From: Candidatus Micrarchaeota archaeon
GTDB taxonomy: Archaea; Micrarchaeota; Micrarchaeia; Micrarchaeales; CABMGC01
Assembly (NCBI GenBank): GCA_021852055.1
Contig: JAJZOD010000002.1
Span: 10,536-74,535, forward strand
Length of the DNA: 64,000 nt
Direction of reading: 5' to 3'
Each line of letters begins with the position of its first letter. Positions within the stretch are counted from its first letter, which is position 1. Below the pieces are notes generated by a model. The model had not been told where the DNA came from. It ran no database searches and was given only the letters and a program-made list of their open reading frames with translations. A program made the translations under genes and the position numbers. This document shows positions 49,558-57,242 of the stretch, in pieces.

Positions 49558-50108
49558 ACATATTTTGCATCTATGGTTGCTATGAGCTGCGTAGTCCTAG
49601 CTTTTTCACCCGGTAGCGAATAGTTCGCCCAGATATACCCAACAAAATCCCCCCCTCCGGCGCTTTTCATCGTTGCTGTGCCATAAGCAGAGTAACAGTA
49701 CATCGAGAATTCTTCAGAACTGCCGGTGTATATCCTGACTCCTGTGTCAGGGCTAGCACCTGGTGGATAGTAATCTATACTGTTTGTCACGTAAATGTTC
49801 CCAAAATTTGGGGTATAATTTTCAGAGCTGCTGTTTATTGCAGAGGAGCATGCGAGCCCGTAAATGTTTATATCACCGCCCGTTGCCTGCACCAGAGTTA
49901 TGTTAAGCACACCGCTGTTGTTTATAAAAAACGGACCACACGCGAATCCTGATGATCCTGTGCACTGCTGCGCAAAAACGCTTTTATTTGATGTACTTAT
50001 TGCGTATACCGCAGATACCGCTATCGTTATTATTATTATGGCCACGCCGTACGAAGCCATGAAGTCGAGTCCTGCTTGCCCTTTTCGCGACGACATTTGC
50101 AATTTCAA
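49554..50108 (-). CDS. Type IV pilin-like protein with a class III signal peptide
   Basis: RKG|QAGLDFMASYGVAIIIITIAVSAVY; paired Cys in the globular domain. Confidence 0.8.
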   Translation of the reverse strand: MKLQMSSRKGQAGLDFMASYGVAIIIITIAVSAVYAISTSNKSVFAQQCTGSSGFACGPFFINNSGVLNITLVQATGGDINIYGLACSSAINSSSENYTPNFGNIYVTNSIDYYPPGASPDTGVRIYTGSSEEFSMYCYSAYGTATMKSAGGGDFVGYIWANYSLPGEKARTTQLIATIDAKYV

Positions 50109-50723
50109 CTACTTCGCCTTCATCTCGACTTTAGCCTCAAAGTCTGAGATCTTGTAGTTAAATTCATCATTGGACTTTATTAAGCCTTTCTCTTTCAGGA
50201 ACTCTCTTGCAAGAATGTAATAAATGAGCGACAGCGATCTCCTTCCTTTGTTGTTGCACGGTATTATAAAGTCAACAAACTTCAGCCAGTTGTCTGTATC
50301 GCAAAGTGCCATAACAGGTATGTTTGTTTTGTTGGCCTCCTTCACTGCCTGCTTCTCGTTTCTGTTATCGCTTACAAGTATGAGCTCAGGTTCTATGAAG
50401 TCCTCCCTGTTCGGGTTTGTGAATATGCCTGGCATAACCCTGCCTTTTATAAGTTTTATATTTGTTATTTCTGCAAATTTTGCTGCTGCAGCTATTGAAT
50501 ATATACGCGAAGCAGTTACTACTATCTCCTTTGGATCATATCTTGCAAGCATCTTTGCGGCTATAACCAGCCGTTTGTCTATAATGGGCAGGTCCAAAAG
50601 GTACAGGCCATCCTCTCTTACTTTATATATGAATCTCTTCATTCCAGGAGTTTTTACTTTAGTTCCTATGTGTATGCCTACCTCAAGATACTCGTTCTGG
50701 TCTGTCAGCATCTCTTTAGCCAT
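50109..50723 (-). CDS. rps2: 30S ribosomal protein S2
   Basis: YLEVGIHIGTK, PGIFTNP, QAVKEA, LCDTDN, IPCNNKGRRS. Confidence 0.97.
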   Translation of the reverse strand: MAKEMLTDQNEYLEVGIHIGTKVKTPGMKRFIYKVREDGLYLLDLPIIDKRLVIAAKMLARYDPKEIVVTASRIYSIAAAAKFAEITNIKLIKGRVMPGIFTNPNREDFIEPELILVSDNRNEKQAVKEANKTNIPVMALCDTDNWLKFVDFIIPCNNKGRRSLSLIYYILAREFLKEKGLIKSNDEFNYKISDFEAKVEMKAK

Positions 50724-50745
50724 TTATTCACCATGTTTATTGATT

Positions 50746-50832
50746 TGGGGTCGCCGAGATTTTCAATTTCTTTTTGAACTCGGGTCTTATGCTCCCTAAG
50801 CACAAAGCCTAACCAAGCTAGCAGACGACCCC
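50746..50832 (-). tRNA. tRNA-Pro(AGG) with a 13-nt T-loop intron (59/60; intron 50760-50772)
   Basis: GGGGTCG/CGACCCC-A acceptor; TGTGC-TTAGGGA-GCATA anticodon arm; CCGAG-TTCAAA[intron]T-CTCGG; BHB helix TTCA/TGAA. Confidence 0.9.
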
Positions 50833-50873
50833 TCCCTCATAATTTATCCAATATGTTATTTATACCCTTCACT

Positions 50874-51074
50874 CTACTTCCTGCTGTAGTTTATTATGTC
50901 ATCTATAAGGTCTACGTGGCCTATAAGCATTCTCCTGCAGCAGTACCTTTTAACACCAATCTCATCAAGGACCTTCTTTGGATTCTCCTTGTCTTTATTA
51001 ACGCGTTTATCGTACTCCTCCCACTTATCAGCAATTACCTGACCACATGAGAAGCACCTTACAGGTATCATCAT
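50874..51074 (-). CDS. rpoN: RNA polymerase subunit N (Rpo10)
   Basis: [18 protein letters not shown]. Confidence 0.98.
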   Translation of the reverse strand: MMIPVRCFSCGQVIADKWEEYDKRVNKDKENPKKVLDEIGVKRYCCRRMLIGHVDLIDDIINYSRK

Positions 51075-51094
51075 ATCAATTCACCAATTACCAT

Positions 51095-51643
51095 TCATCT
51101 ATAAGAGGTCTGGAACCTGGCTCTCGCCTTTGGCCCTAGGAACTTCTTAGGTTCTACCTTCCTATGATCATCAACAAGCAAATTCCTGTCATACTCCATA
51201 TACGCACTCTTGAGCGTGCTGCTGCCTGATGCAGCTACAAGAGTCTTTGCCAGTGCGCTTCTTGCAGCCTGTGCCCTTCCACTTATGCCGCCTCCACGTA
51301 CGTCGATCAAAACCCTGGAGCTGCTCATAATGTCCTTAGCCTCTTTTGATATTGCAATGGGCTCAAGAATAAGTTCTCTTATCTCTTTGGGCTTTAAAAG
51401 TTCCACTCTGACGCCGTTAAGTATGACCTCGCCAGAGCCGTTGCTTATATGTGCGCGCGCTATGGCTTCCTTCCTCTTTCCTCTCATCATAACAGACTGC
51501 ATAACCTTCTGTTTTTTTGGTTTTGCCCGCTTCTTTGTAGTTTTCTTGTCCTGTTTTACGCGGACTGGCTGCTGCCCTTCTGATGTAAAATCACTAAGCG
51601 CCTTGTCTAAATCCTTAACTCCCCTTGATGTTTCTTCAGGCAT
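51095..51643 (-). CDS. rps9: 30S ribosomal protein S9 with an N-terminal extension
   Basis: GKRKEAIARA, VRGGGISG, YDRNLLVDD.RKVEPKKF.GPKARARFQTSYR. Confidence 0.97.
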   Translation of the reverse strand: MPEETSRGVKDLDKALSDFTSEGQQPVRVKQDKKTTKKRAKPKKQKVMQSVMMRGKRKEAIARAHISNGSGEVILNGVRVELLKPKEIRELILEPIAISKEAKDIMSSSRVLIDVRGGGISGRAQAARSALAKTLVAASGSSTLKSAYMEYDRNLLVDDHRKVEPKKFLGPKARARFQTSYR

Positions 51644-52069
51644 TTATTCACCTTTATATCCTAGCTTGGCAGCAAGCTCCTTTATAGTAACTATGTTCTC
51701 GTACACTTCCTCCCCTTTTTTAATGGTCTCCACACTGTTCGGTCTTGTGCCTTCAGGGACTCCGACAAACACCCGCAGCCTTTTATATGCAGATTTGCCT
51801 TTCGGCTGTCTGTATGGCAGCATGCCTCTCACCACTCTCTTGACAAACAGGTCAGGCCTTCTTGATATATACGGCGAATGTTCTGGATTTGCCTTGTCCT
51901 TAAGCTCTATCTTTCTCTTGTATTTGGCAGCTATCTCCTTAAGGTGCCCGCTTATGACTATTTCTTCAGCATTCACTATAGTTACATTGTCTCCATTAAG
52001 CAGCATCTTGGCTGCATGGGAAGATATCCTGCCTAGTATCAATCCTTGTCCATCAATAACGTGCTCCAT
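51644..52069 (-). CDS. rpl13: 50S ribosomal protein L13
   Basis: IDG.GLILGR, VNAEEIVISG, RVVRGMLPY, RLRVFVGVP; start set after GGAGTG. Confidence 0.96.
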   Translation of the reverse strand: MEHVIDGQGLILGRISSHAAKMLLNGDNVTIVNAEEIVISGHLKEIAAKYKRKIELKDKANPEHSPYISRRPDLFVKRVVRGMLPYRQPKGKSAYKRLRVFVGVPEGTRPNSVETIKKGEEVYENIVTIKELAAKLGYKGE

Positions 52070-52080
52070 AAACACACTCC

Positions 52081-52425
52081 TCATATCAGCAGCCTTACTC
52101 CCTCCTTTTTAATCATCTCTTCTACAGGTACAATCCTGCAGCCTGCATCTTTAAGTTTTTTAAGTGCAGCATCAGAATACTCTATTGCAGATATGTCAAA
52201 CTTCTTGTCAAGAACACCTGCTGAAAGAACCTTGCCTGGAACTATTACGCTTTCAGAAGTTTTTGTTCTGCTGCAGAGTTCATTCAGATTAATCTTAATC
52301 CTCCTTCTTTTAGGTAAGGCTGCTATCCTGCGTATGCTGCGTGACAGACCCACGTTCTTTGCATCGTGCTTGACGCTGTCCATAACAGCTATCCATGATT
52401 TTATGCTGCTTTTCTCTATTTTCAT
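52081..52425 (-). CDS. rpl18e: 50S ribosomal protein L18e
   Basis: RRRIKINL, VIVPGKVLSAG, YSDAALKKL; start moved downstream of the tRNA-Leu. Confidence 0.93.
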   Translation of the reverse strand: MKIEKSSIKSWIAVMDSVKHDAKNVGLSRSIRRIAALPKRRRIKINLNELCSRTKTSESVIVPGKVLSAGVLDKKFDISAIEYSDAALKKLKDAGCRIVPVEEMIKKEGVRLLI

Positions 52426-52444
52426 GCAATCAACTTTTTCTTTA

Positions 52445-52547
52445 TGCGGGGGGAGAGATTTGAACTCTCGCAAGCACTAAAGCTACAGGAGATCCGAGCA
52501 TAAAGCTCCTCGGTCCTGCGCATTTGACCAAGCTCTGCCACCCCCGC
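52445..52547 (-). tRNA. tRNA-Leu(GAG) with a canonical 16-nt intron at 37/38 (52492-52507)
   Basis: GCGGGGG/CCCCCGC-A acceptor, long variable arm, CAGGA-CCGAGG[intron]C-TCCTG; BHB helix CCGA/TCGG. Confidence 0.93.
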
Positions 52548-52549
52548 AT

Positions 52550-53122
52550 CTACTTCTTTAGCTCTTTATGTATCTCTTTCACATTAGCGCTTATTATATC
52601 TAACGCTCTTGAAAGTATCTCAGGGGCCGGAATCTGTCCAAAGCTTTCAATATAAAATTCAAACATGTCTCCTTTATCATCAGATTTATATGTGGCAAGG
52701 CCTGGCTGAAATTTGGAACTCTTAGATCCGCGTCCAAGTATAGCCTTTGCATCGAGTCTTATGCTCTGCTTGTCTGCTAGTTTTATTATAGGTATGTTCG
52801 GATTGGCAACACTGACCTCCTTCTCGTTGCTCTTCAGATCTTTCGAATATACTGTTTTCGGGCCTTCCTCCACAAGTGAGAAAAGCACAGCGTCATCCTC
52901 TGAGAAGCCCTTTGGAGTTTTCAAAGGCACAAGTCCGAGCCTGTGCGCTATATACTCATCGAACATAGCGCTTGTGTTGTCATAAAACGTAACCGTATCT
53001 ATCGCCATTGTCGGTATGCTGCTCATGGCTACGCGCCTCATTGCATTAACGAAATTAAACGAGCTGCCGCTTATTTTCGCTTTAAGCGAAAATGGAGTAC
53101 TCTCAAGCACATCAATCTTCAT
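52550..53122 (-). CDS. rpoD: RNA polymerase subunit D (Rpo3), short form
   Basis: NAMRR...IPTMAID, NTSAMFDEYIAHRLGLVPL, VYSKDL, FYIESFGQ. Confidence 0.95.
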   Translation of the reverse strand: MKIDVLESTPFSLKAKISGSSFNFVNAMRRVAMSSIPTMAIDTVTFYDNTSAMFDEYIAHRLGLVPLKTPKGFSEDDAVLFSLVEEGPKTVYSKDLKSNEKEVSVANPNIPIIKLADKQSIRLDAKAILGRGSKSSKFQPGLATYKSDDKGDMFEFYIESFGQIPAPEILSRALDIISANVKEIHKELKK

Positions 53123-53283
53123 AAAACCAGCCAAAATTAGGCGTACACTACTCTTATGAATATTGTAAGGCAACATATTTAAACATGCACCTCTGTGCCT
53201 CCAATTTAAAAGCACTGCAGCGCGCTTCAATTCAAATAAACTTATTTATATTCTTATTTGCCTATTTATCAAGAGGTATATCT

Positions 53284-53877
53284 TTGGATTTTTGGGGTGT
53301 ATTCGAAAAAGAGCAGTTTGCTAGCGATTTCGGCTCAAAGCAGGTCATGCTAAATACCGGCCAGCGCCACAGCATGTCATTGAAGATGGTCCAGGAAAGG
53401 GCTGTTGAAATAGGCGTTAATGAGTGCATATTCCAGAAGTACTCCTATGATAAGAGGTACCTCATTGCCCAGAGCATAACATTCGACGTTCTTTTAACAA
53501 TATACGATGTCAATCACTCTGCACTTCTGGCTCTGAGAACAAATGCGAATATATCCGACAAAGAGATGCATCAAGTATCGAAGCTCATTTCAGGCATAAA
53601 GAGGCCGAATCTTGAGATAAGGGCCATAGGCGCGCAGAACAACGCTGAAAATTTTGTGCAGATGCTGAATAAGATGCATGCGCTCAAGCCAAATACGCTC
53701 GCAGAGATAGACTTATTCGGAAACAACATACGCCACATACTGATAGATTCACATACAGGCATGCCTTACAATCTGCTTCTTCAAAACAGGATTTACAGGC
53801 CCGGAGAGCTTGTTAATAATATTCAAGCGCAGAGTCCTGCTGCTCCAGTGCGTCTGCATTTCAGGATCCAAGCCTAA
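53284..53877 (+). CDS. Hypothetical protein with a CheD-like pattern (start uncertain)
   Basis: EIGVNE, VLLTIYD, LEIRAIGA, EIDLFGNNIRHILIDSHTG; TTG start after GAGGT. Confidence 0.65.
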   Translation: MDFWGVFEKEQFASDFGSKQVMLNTGQRHSMSLKMVQERAVEIGVNECIFQKYSYDKRYLIAQSITFDVLLTIYDVNHSALLALRTNANISDKEMHQVSKLISGIKRPNLEIRAIGAQNNAENFVQMLNKMHALKPNTLAEIDLFGNNIRHILIDSHTGMPYNLLLQNRIYRPGELVNNIQAQSPAAPVRLHFRIQA

Positions 53878-54400
53878 ACTTTTTGAGTGTTGTATACATA
53901 TGGCCATCTGGGGTCGTTCTGCTAAGCTTCAAGCAGAATGAATCAACATTAAATACTCCAAAATCAGCGTCTCCTGCCTTTTTCATACGGCTTTCAATGC
54001 TGTTTATGTTTGCATGCCTTACCCTTGCAATTGTTATGTGCGGTACGTAATCCTGTTCCTTATCCAGATTAATCACATCATTCAAAGCGCTGTTCACGTT
54101 ATCGTGCAAAGTCTTAAATCCGCTGCTGTCTTGAATTTTTGCAAATATGACGCTTACTCTCTGCGGCGAGAAATATCCCAGACCAAGAGCCATGGCATCA
54201 AACCTTTCACATTTTACTGACACGAGGCGCCTTTTCGCAAGCTCCACTTCATCTTCGGTTATCTCGCCAAGGAACCTCAAAGTCACATGCAGTGCATCGG
54301 GCCTGACTAAACTTATGCCCTTCATCTCGAATTCCTGCTGCACATTTGTAAGTGCAGTCTTCAGATGCTCCGGCAAATCTACAGCGATAAAACATCTCAT
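53861..54400 (-). CDS. thpR: RNA 2',3'-cyclic phosphodiesterase (2H family)
   Basis: MRCFIAVDLP, LHVTLRFLG, PHITIARV. Confidence 0.93.
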   Translation of the reverse strand: MRCFIAVDLPEHLKTALTNVQQEFEMKGISLVRPDALHVTLRFLGEITEDEVELAKRRLVSVKCERFDAMALGLGYFSPQRVSVIFAKIQDSSGFKTLHDNVNSALNDVINLDKEQDYVPHITIARVRHANINSIESRMKKAGDADFGVFNVDSFCLKLSRTTPDGHMYTTLKKFRLGS

Positions 54401-54467
54401 AATTACACGATTACAAATATTCGCTAACAAATAAATATCTAATCAAGCGATACTAACTGATGATTCA

Positions 54468-54797
54468 TTGGCAACAATAAAAGATTTTTCAATGATAGAG
54501 CTTCGTGTCGGTCGCATCAAAACAGTAGACGACATCGAGGGAGCAAGAAGTCAAGTGTATAGACTCACAGTATACCTTGGCGAAGAGATAGGCACAAGGC
54601 AGCTTGTTGCGGGCATAAAAGGCAAATACACAAGGGAAGAGCTTCTGGAACGCGAGATAATAGTTGTCGTCAACCTGGAGCCGAAGCGCATAGCAAACGT
54701 AGAATCGCAGGGCATGCTTCTTGCTGCAAGCTCTGCTGACAAACTCGCGCTGCTTGCGCCAGACAAGGAGATACCGGAGGGATCAAAGATATTCTGA
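54468..54797 (+). CDS. Stand-alone tRNA-binding OB-fold protein (Trbp111/CsaA; MetRS C-terminal-like)
   Basis: ELRVGRI, RQLVAGIK..Y, VVNLEPK, ESQGMLLAA. Confidence 0.92.
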   Translation: MATIKDFSMIELRVGRIKTVDDIEGARSQVYRLTVYLGEEIGTRQLVAGIKGKYTREELLEREIIVVVNLEPKRIANVESQGMLLAASSADKLALLAPDKEIPEGSKIF

Positions 54798-54806
54798 AGT
54801 GGCCAT

Positions 54807-55385
54807 ATGATACTTGTTGTGGTGGGCCTGCAGGGCTCAGGAAAAAGCACAGTAGCAAAAATACTCCGTGATAAAGGAATAAGAGTAATAGAGATAGGAG
54901 ACATATGGCGCGAGCTTGTAAAAAAGGCGGGCATACCCATGAGCGACACCAAGGCCACCCGCGAGTTCACAATGCAACTGCGTGAGGAAAAGGGCAAGGA
55001 CATCTATGCGAGATATGCGTGCGAGCGCATAGGCGACTCAACTGAAAATACAGTTATAATGGGGGTAAGAAGCACCTACGAGCTTGATTACATAAAAAAC
55101 AAGATGAAGAATGTGAAGGTTCTTGCTCTTGAGGCCTCATTGAAGATAAGGTTTGAGCGCATGCATGAGAGGATGAAGCCCGAGGATCCCAAAACTCTTG
55201 AAGAGTTTATGTGGCTCGAGCAGCGAAACAACCAGGGGTTCATGGCAGATAAGAAAGAAGCCGAGCACGGGCTTCCCGTTCTGATAAGAGGCGCTGATTA
55301 TATAATACACAACAGCAGCACGCTTACGGCGTTGGAAGCCGATCTCGAAAAAGTGCTTGCAGATATTCCTGGGTTTAAAATTTAA
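54807..55385 (+). CDS. P-loop nucleotide kinase (UPF0200 / dephospho-CoA-kinase-like)
   Basis: VVGLQGSGKST, GDIWRE, GVRS..E, RFERM.ER, ADYIIHN. Confidence 0.8.
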   Translation: MILVVVGLQGSGKSTVAKILRDKGIRVIEIGDIWRELVKKAGIPMSDTKATREFTMQLREEKGKDIYARYACERIGDSTENTVIMGVRSTYELDYIKNKMKNVKVLALEASLKIRFERMHERMKPEDPKTLEEFMWLEQRNNQGFMADKKEAEHGLPVLIRGADYIIHNSSTLTALEADLEKVLADIPGFKI

Positions 55386-55493
55386 CCGTGCATAGCGGGA
55401 AATCCCACGTGCTTCAGCGGGGTGGGATGAGAGCGAACTGCATAAATAAGATATATAAACATGGATAATTATGTAAACAATATGGATGTCACA
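55382..55493 (+). mobile_element. ~100-bp IS200/IS605-like mini-element, copy B
   Basis: TTAA-ccgtgcat-AGCGGGAAATCCCACGTGCTTCAGCGGGGTGGGATGAGAGCG...TATATAAA...ATGGATGTCAC; homologous to 2052-2149. Confidence 0.75.
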
Positions 55494-55522
55494 AGAGTTC
55501 TCCTGAGTGCGGAATCCGCCGC

Positions 55523-55873
55523 TCAGAAGTTCAGGCGCGGCGCAGACCTCTCAACAGCTGCGTATGCGTTATAAGAAGGCCAGTTCTGCTGCTTCCTGAA
55601 TATGACTATGCCTGCACCTGTAAGGGAGAGGGGCTTGTACCCCTCGCCCTTTTCCATAAAGTCCACCACCCTCTTTCGCTTAAGTTTTTTTAGCGTATAC
55701 CAGATTCCGCTCACTGACAGGCTGTATTTTTCTGCCACAAACTGCACAAAGCTTGTAGCCGAAGGCACCTGATCAAGCCCTAGCTCGGTTAAGATGAGCA
55801 GCTCCTTCTCATTGAAGCTCTGCTGGGACTGAGCATCTTGAGCACTTCTAACTACCATTTTTGCCACTTGCAT
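55523..55873 (-). CDS. Winged-helix DNA-binding protein
   Basis: FNEKELLIL, LSVSGIWYTLKKLKRKRVVDF, LSLTGAG (MarR-like wing). Confidence 0.75.
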   Translation of the reverse strand: MQVAKMVVRSAQDAQSQQSFNEKELLILTELGLDQVPSATSFVQFVAEKYSLSVSGIWYTLKKLKRKRVVDFMEKGEGYKPLSLTGAGIVIFRKQQNWPSYNAYAAVERSAPRLNF

Positions 55874-55909
55874 ACGAGCACCAGAAAAAAAAAGATTATT
55901 TTTTTGCTC

Positions 55910-56014
55910 TTATGCAGGTGACAGGTACAACCTGTTCATGCAGACTGCCATCGCTATAACTACTGATGTTGGGTGTTTGAACCCGAACTCTTTTGCTATA
56001 GACGCGCTCTGCAT
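55910..56014 (-). CDS. Putative 34-aa small ORF / leader peptide
   Basis: MQSASIAKEFGFKHPTSVVIAMAVCMNRLYLSPA, between a TTTAAATA TATA-like element and the wHTH gene. Confidence 0.35.
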   Translation of the reverse strand: MQSASIAKEFGFKHPTSVVIAMAVCMNRLYLSPA

Positions 56015-56178
56015 ACAAATCCTGCTTTGTTTCTAATTTCTTATTGTCCTTTGTTCATTACTACTAATTCTAAATAGCTATTTAAATCTTTTCTACAAAG
56101 ATGTTTACATAGAAAGCAGCAGTCAGCGCTTCACGTCTGCTGTCTCAAATGCCTGTTTGTTATGCTGATGCTGATATT

Positions 56179-57048
56179 ATGGCTGTGAATATTGACATAA
56201 TAATATCTGTGCTTTTAATAATCACATTCGCATACGCTATTTTTGATCTGTTCAACAAGCGCGAAGTGCCTAATGTTTTTGCGTACATCTCTGTTGCGGT
56301 GGCGTTTATCCTCTGCCTTACGTACTGGAACACGGATATGCTTATAGGTTTTGCCATTGCAGCTTTTATAGCTGCCTCGGGTTACGCGCTCTACAAAAAG
56401 GGATTCCTTGGCGCAGGCGACGTATTCGAGCTTATAACAATCTCGCTGCTTCTGCCGCAACAGCCTGCACCACTTCTGTCATCAGCGCATCAGCTGGGCA
56501 TGCCATTCGTGTTTTCAGTATTTATAAGCTCAGGATATTTCGCTGTAATAATTATAGTGCTGTACTATATACTGGCTGCGAAGCGCAGCCCCATGGAAAA
56601 ATCTTTCAAGATAGAAAAAAGGAAGGCGGTATCATCCACTGTACTTCTCAGCGTATATATTATTTTAATCCTCGTCATGCACATAACCATAGGTGTAGGA
56701 ATCTCGGGCACTGTTCTGTTGCTGCTTCTTGCAGTTCCTTCAAGCATAATGCTTGTCTACGAGAGGCTCATAAACTACCGCATGGTATCTCTTATAAATC
56801 CAAACGAACTAACGCAGGGTGACATGATAGCAACAAATCTGATGAGCACAAAAGAGATCGGATACTTCAGCAAAAGGTCAAAAGCATTCGGCAGGCTTGC
56901 AACATCAGAACTTATAAAAGATCTAAAAAACGTGAGAAGGAAACTTCCTGTTTACAGAAATGCAGTGCCGCTTGCAGCATTCTTCTTCATAGGCGTTGTG
57001 TTCTCTCTGCTATTCGGAAACCTGATATTTCTTATAATAAAAATGTAA
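56179..57048 (-). other. Strand check only: no feature found on the minus strand here (see the plus-strand peptidase)
   Basis: The minus-strand ORFs at 56160-56747 are shadows of the plus-strand membrane protease. Confidence 0.1.
56179..57048 (+). CDS. A24-family prepilin/prearchaellin peptidase (PibD/FlaK/EppA-like)
   Basis: AIFDLFNKREVPN, LGAGD (GxGD), L..GD.I, C-terminal VPLAAFF; multi-TM. Confidence 0.87.
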   Translation: MAVNIDIIISVLLIITFAYAIFDLFNKREVPNVFAYISVAVAFILCLTYWNTDMLIGFAIAAFIAASGYALYKKGFLGAGDVFELITISLLLPQQPAPLLSSAHQLGMPFVFSVFISSGYFAVIIIVLYYILAAKRSPMEKSFKIEKRKAVSSTVLLSVYIILILVMHITIGVGISGTVLLLLLAVPSSIMLVYERLINYRMVSLINPNELTQGDMIATNLMSTKEIGYFSKRSKAFGRLATSELIKDLKNVRRKLPVYRNAVPLAAFFFIGVVFSLLFGNLIFLIIKM

Positions 57049-57242
57049 TAGCCAAAACCGCAGTCAAGATATGCAAACATACCTTGCCCCTTCCTGCAGG
57101 CATATAAGTCTGGTGCTGCTTATTCTATGCAGTAATCAACTGCTCCGGCAAATCCTTACTAGCAGTACATGGCTGCCGAGTGCATCTGGCGCAGCCAATA
57201 ACTCTAACAACCTTTTCGTGCAAATATTTACGGAGTGTGAGC

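Noticed and set aside
50790-50800. Reading the tRNA at 50746-50832 as Leu(TAG)
   Set aside because: The stem TGTGC/GCATA centres the 7-nt loop on AGG, there is no long variable arm, and the acceptor stem is Pro-like.
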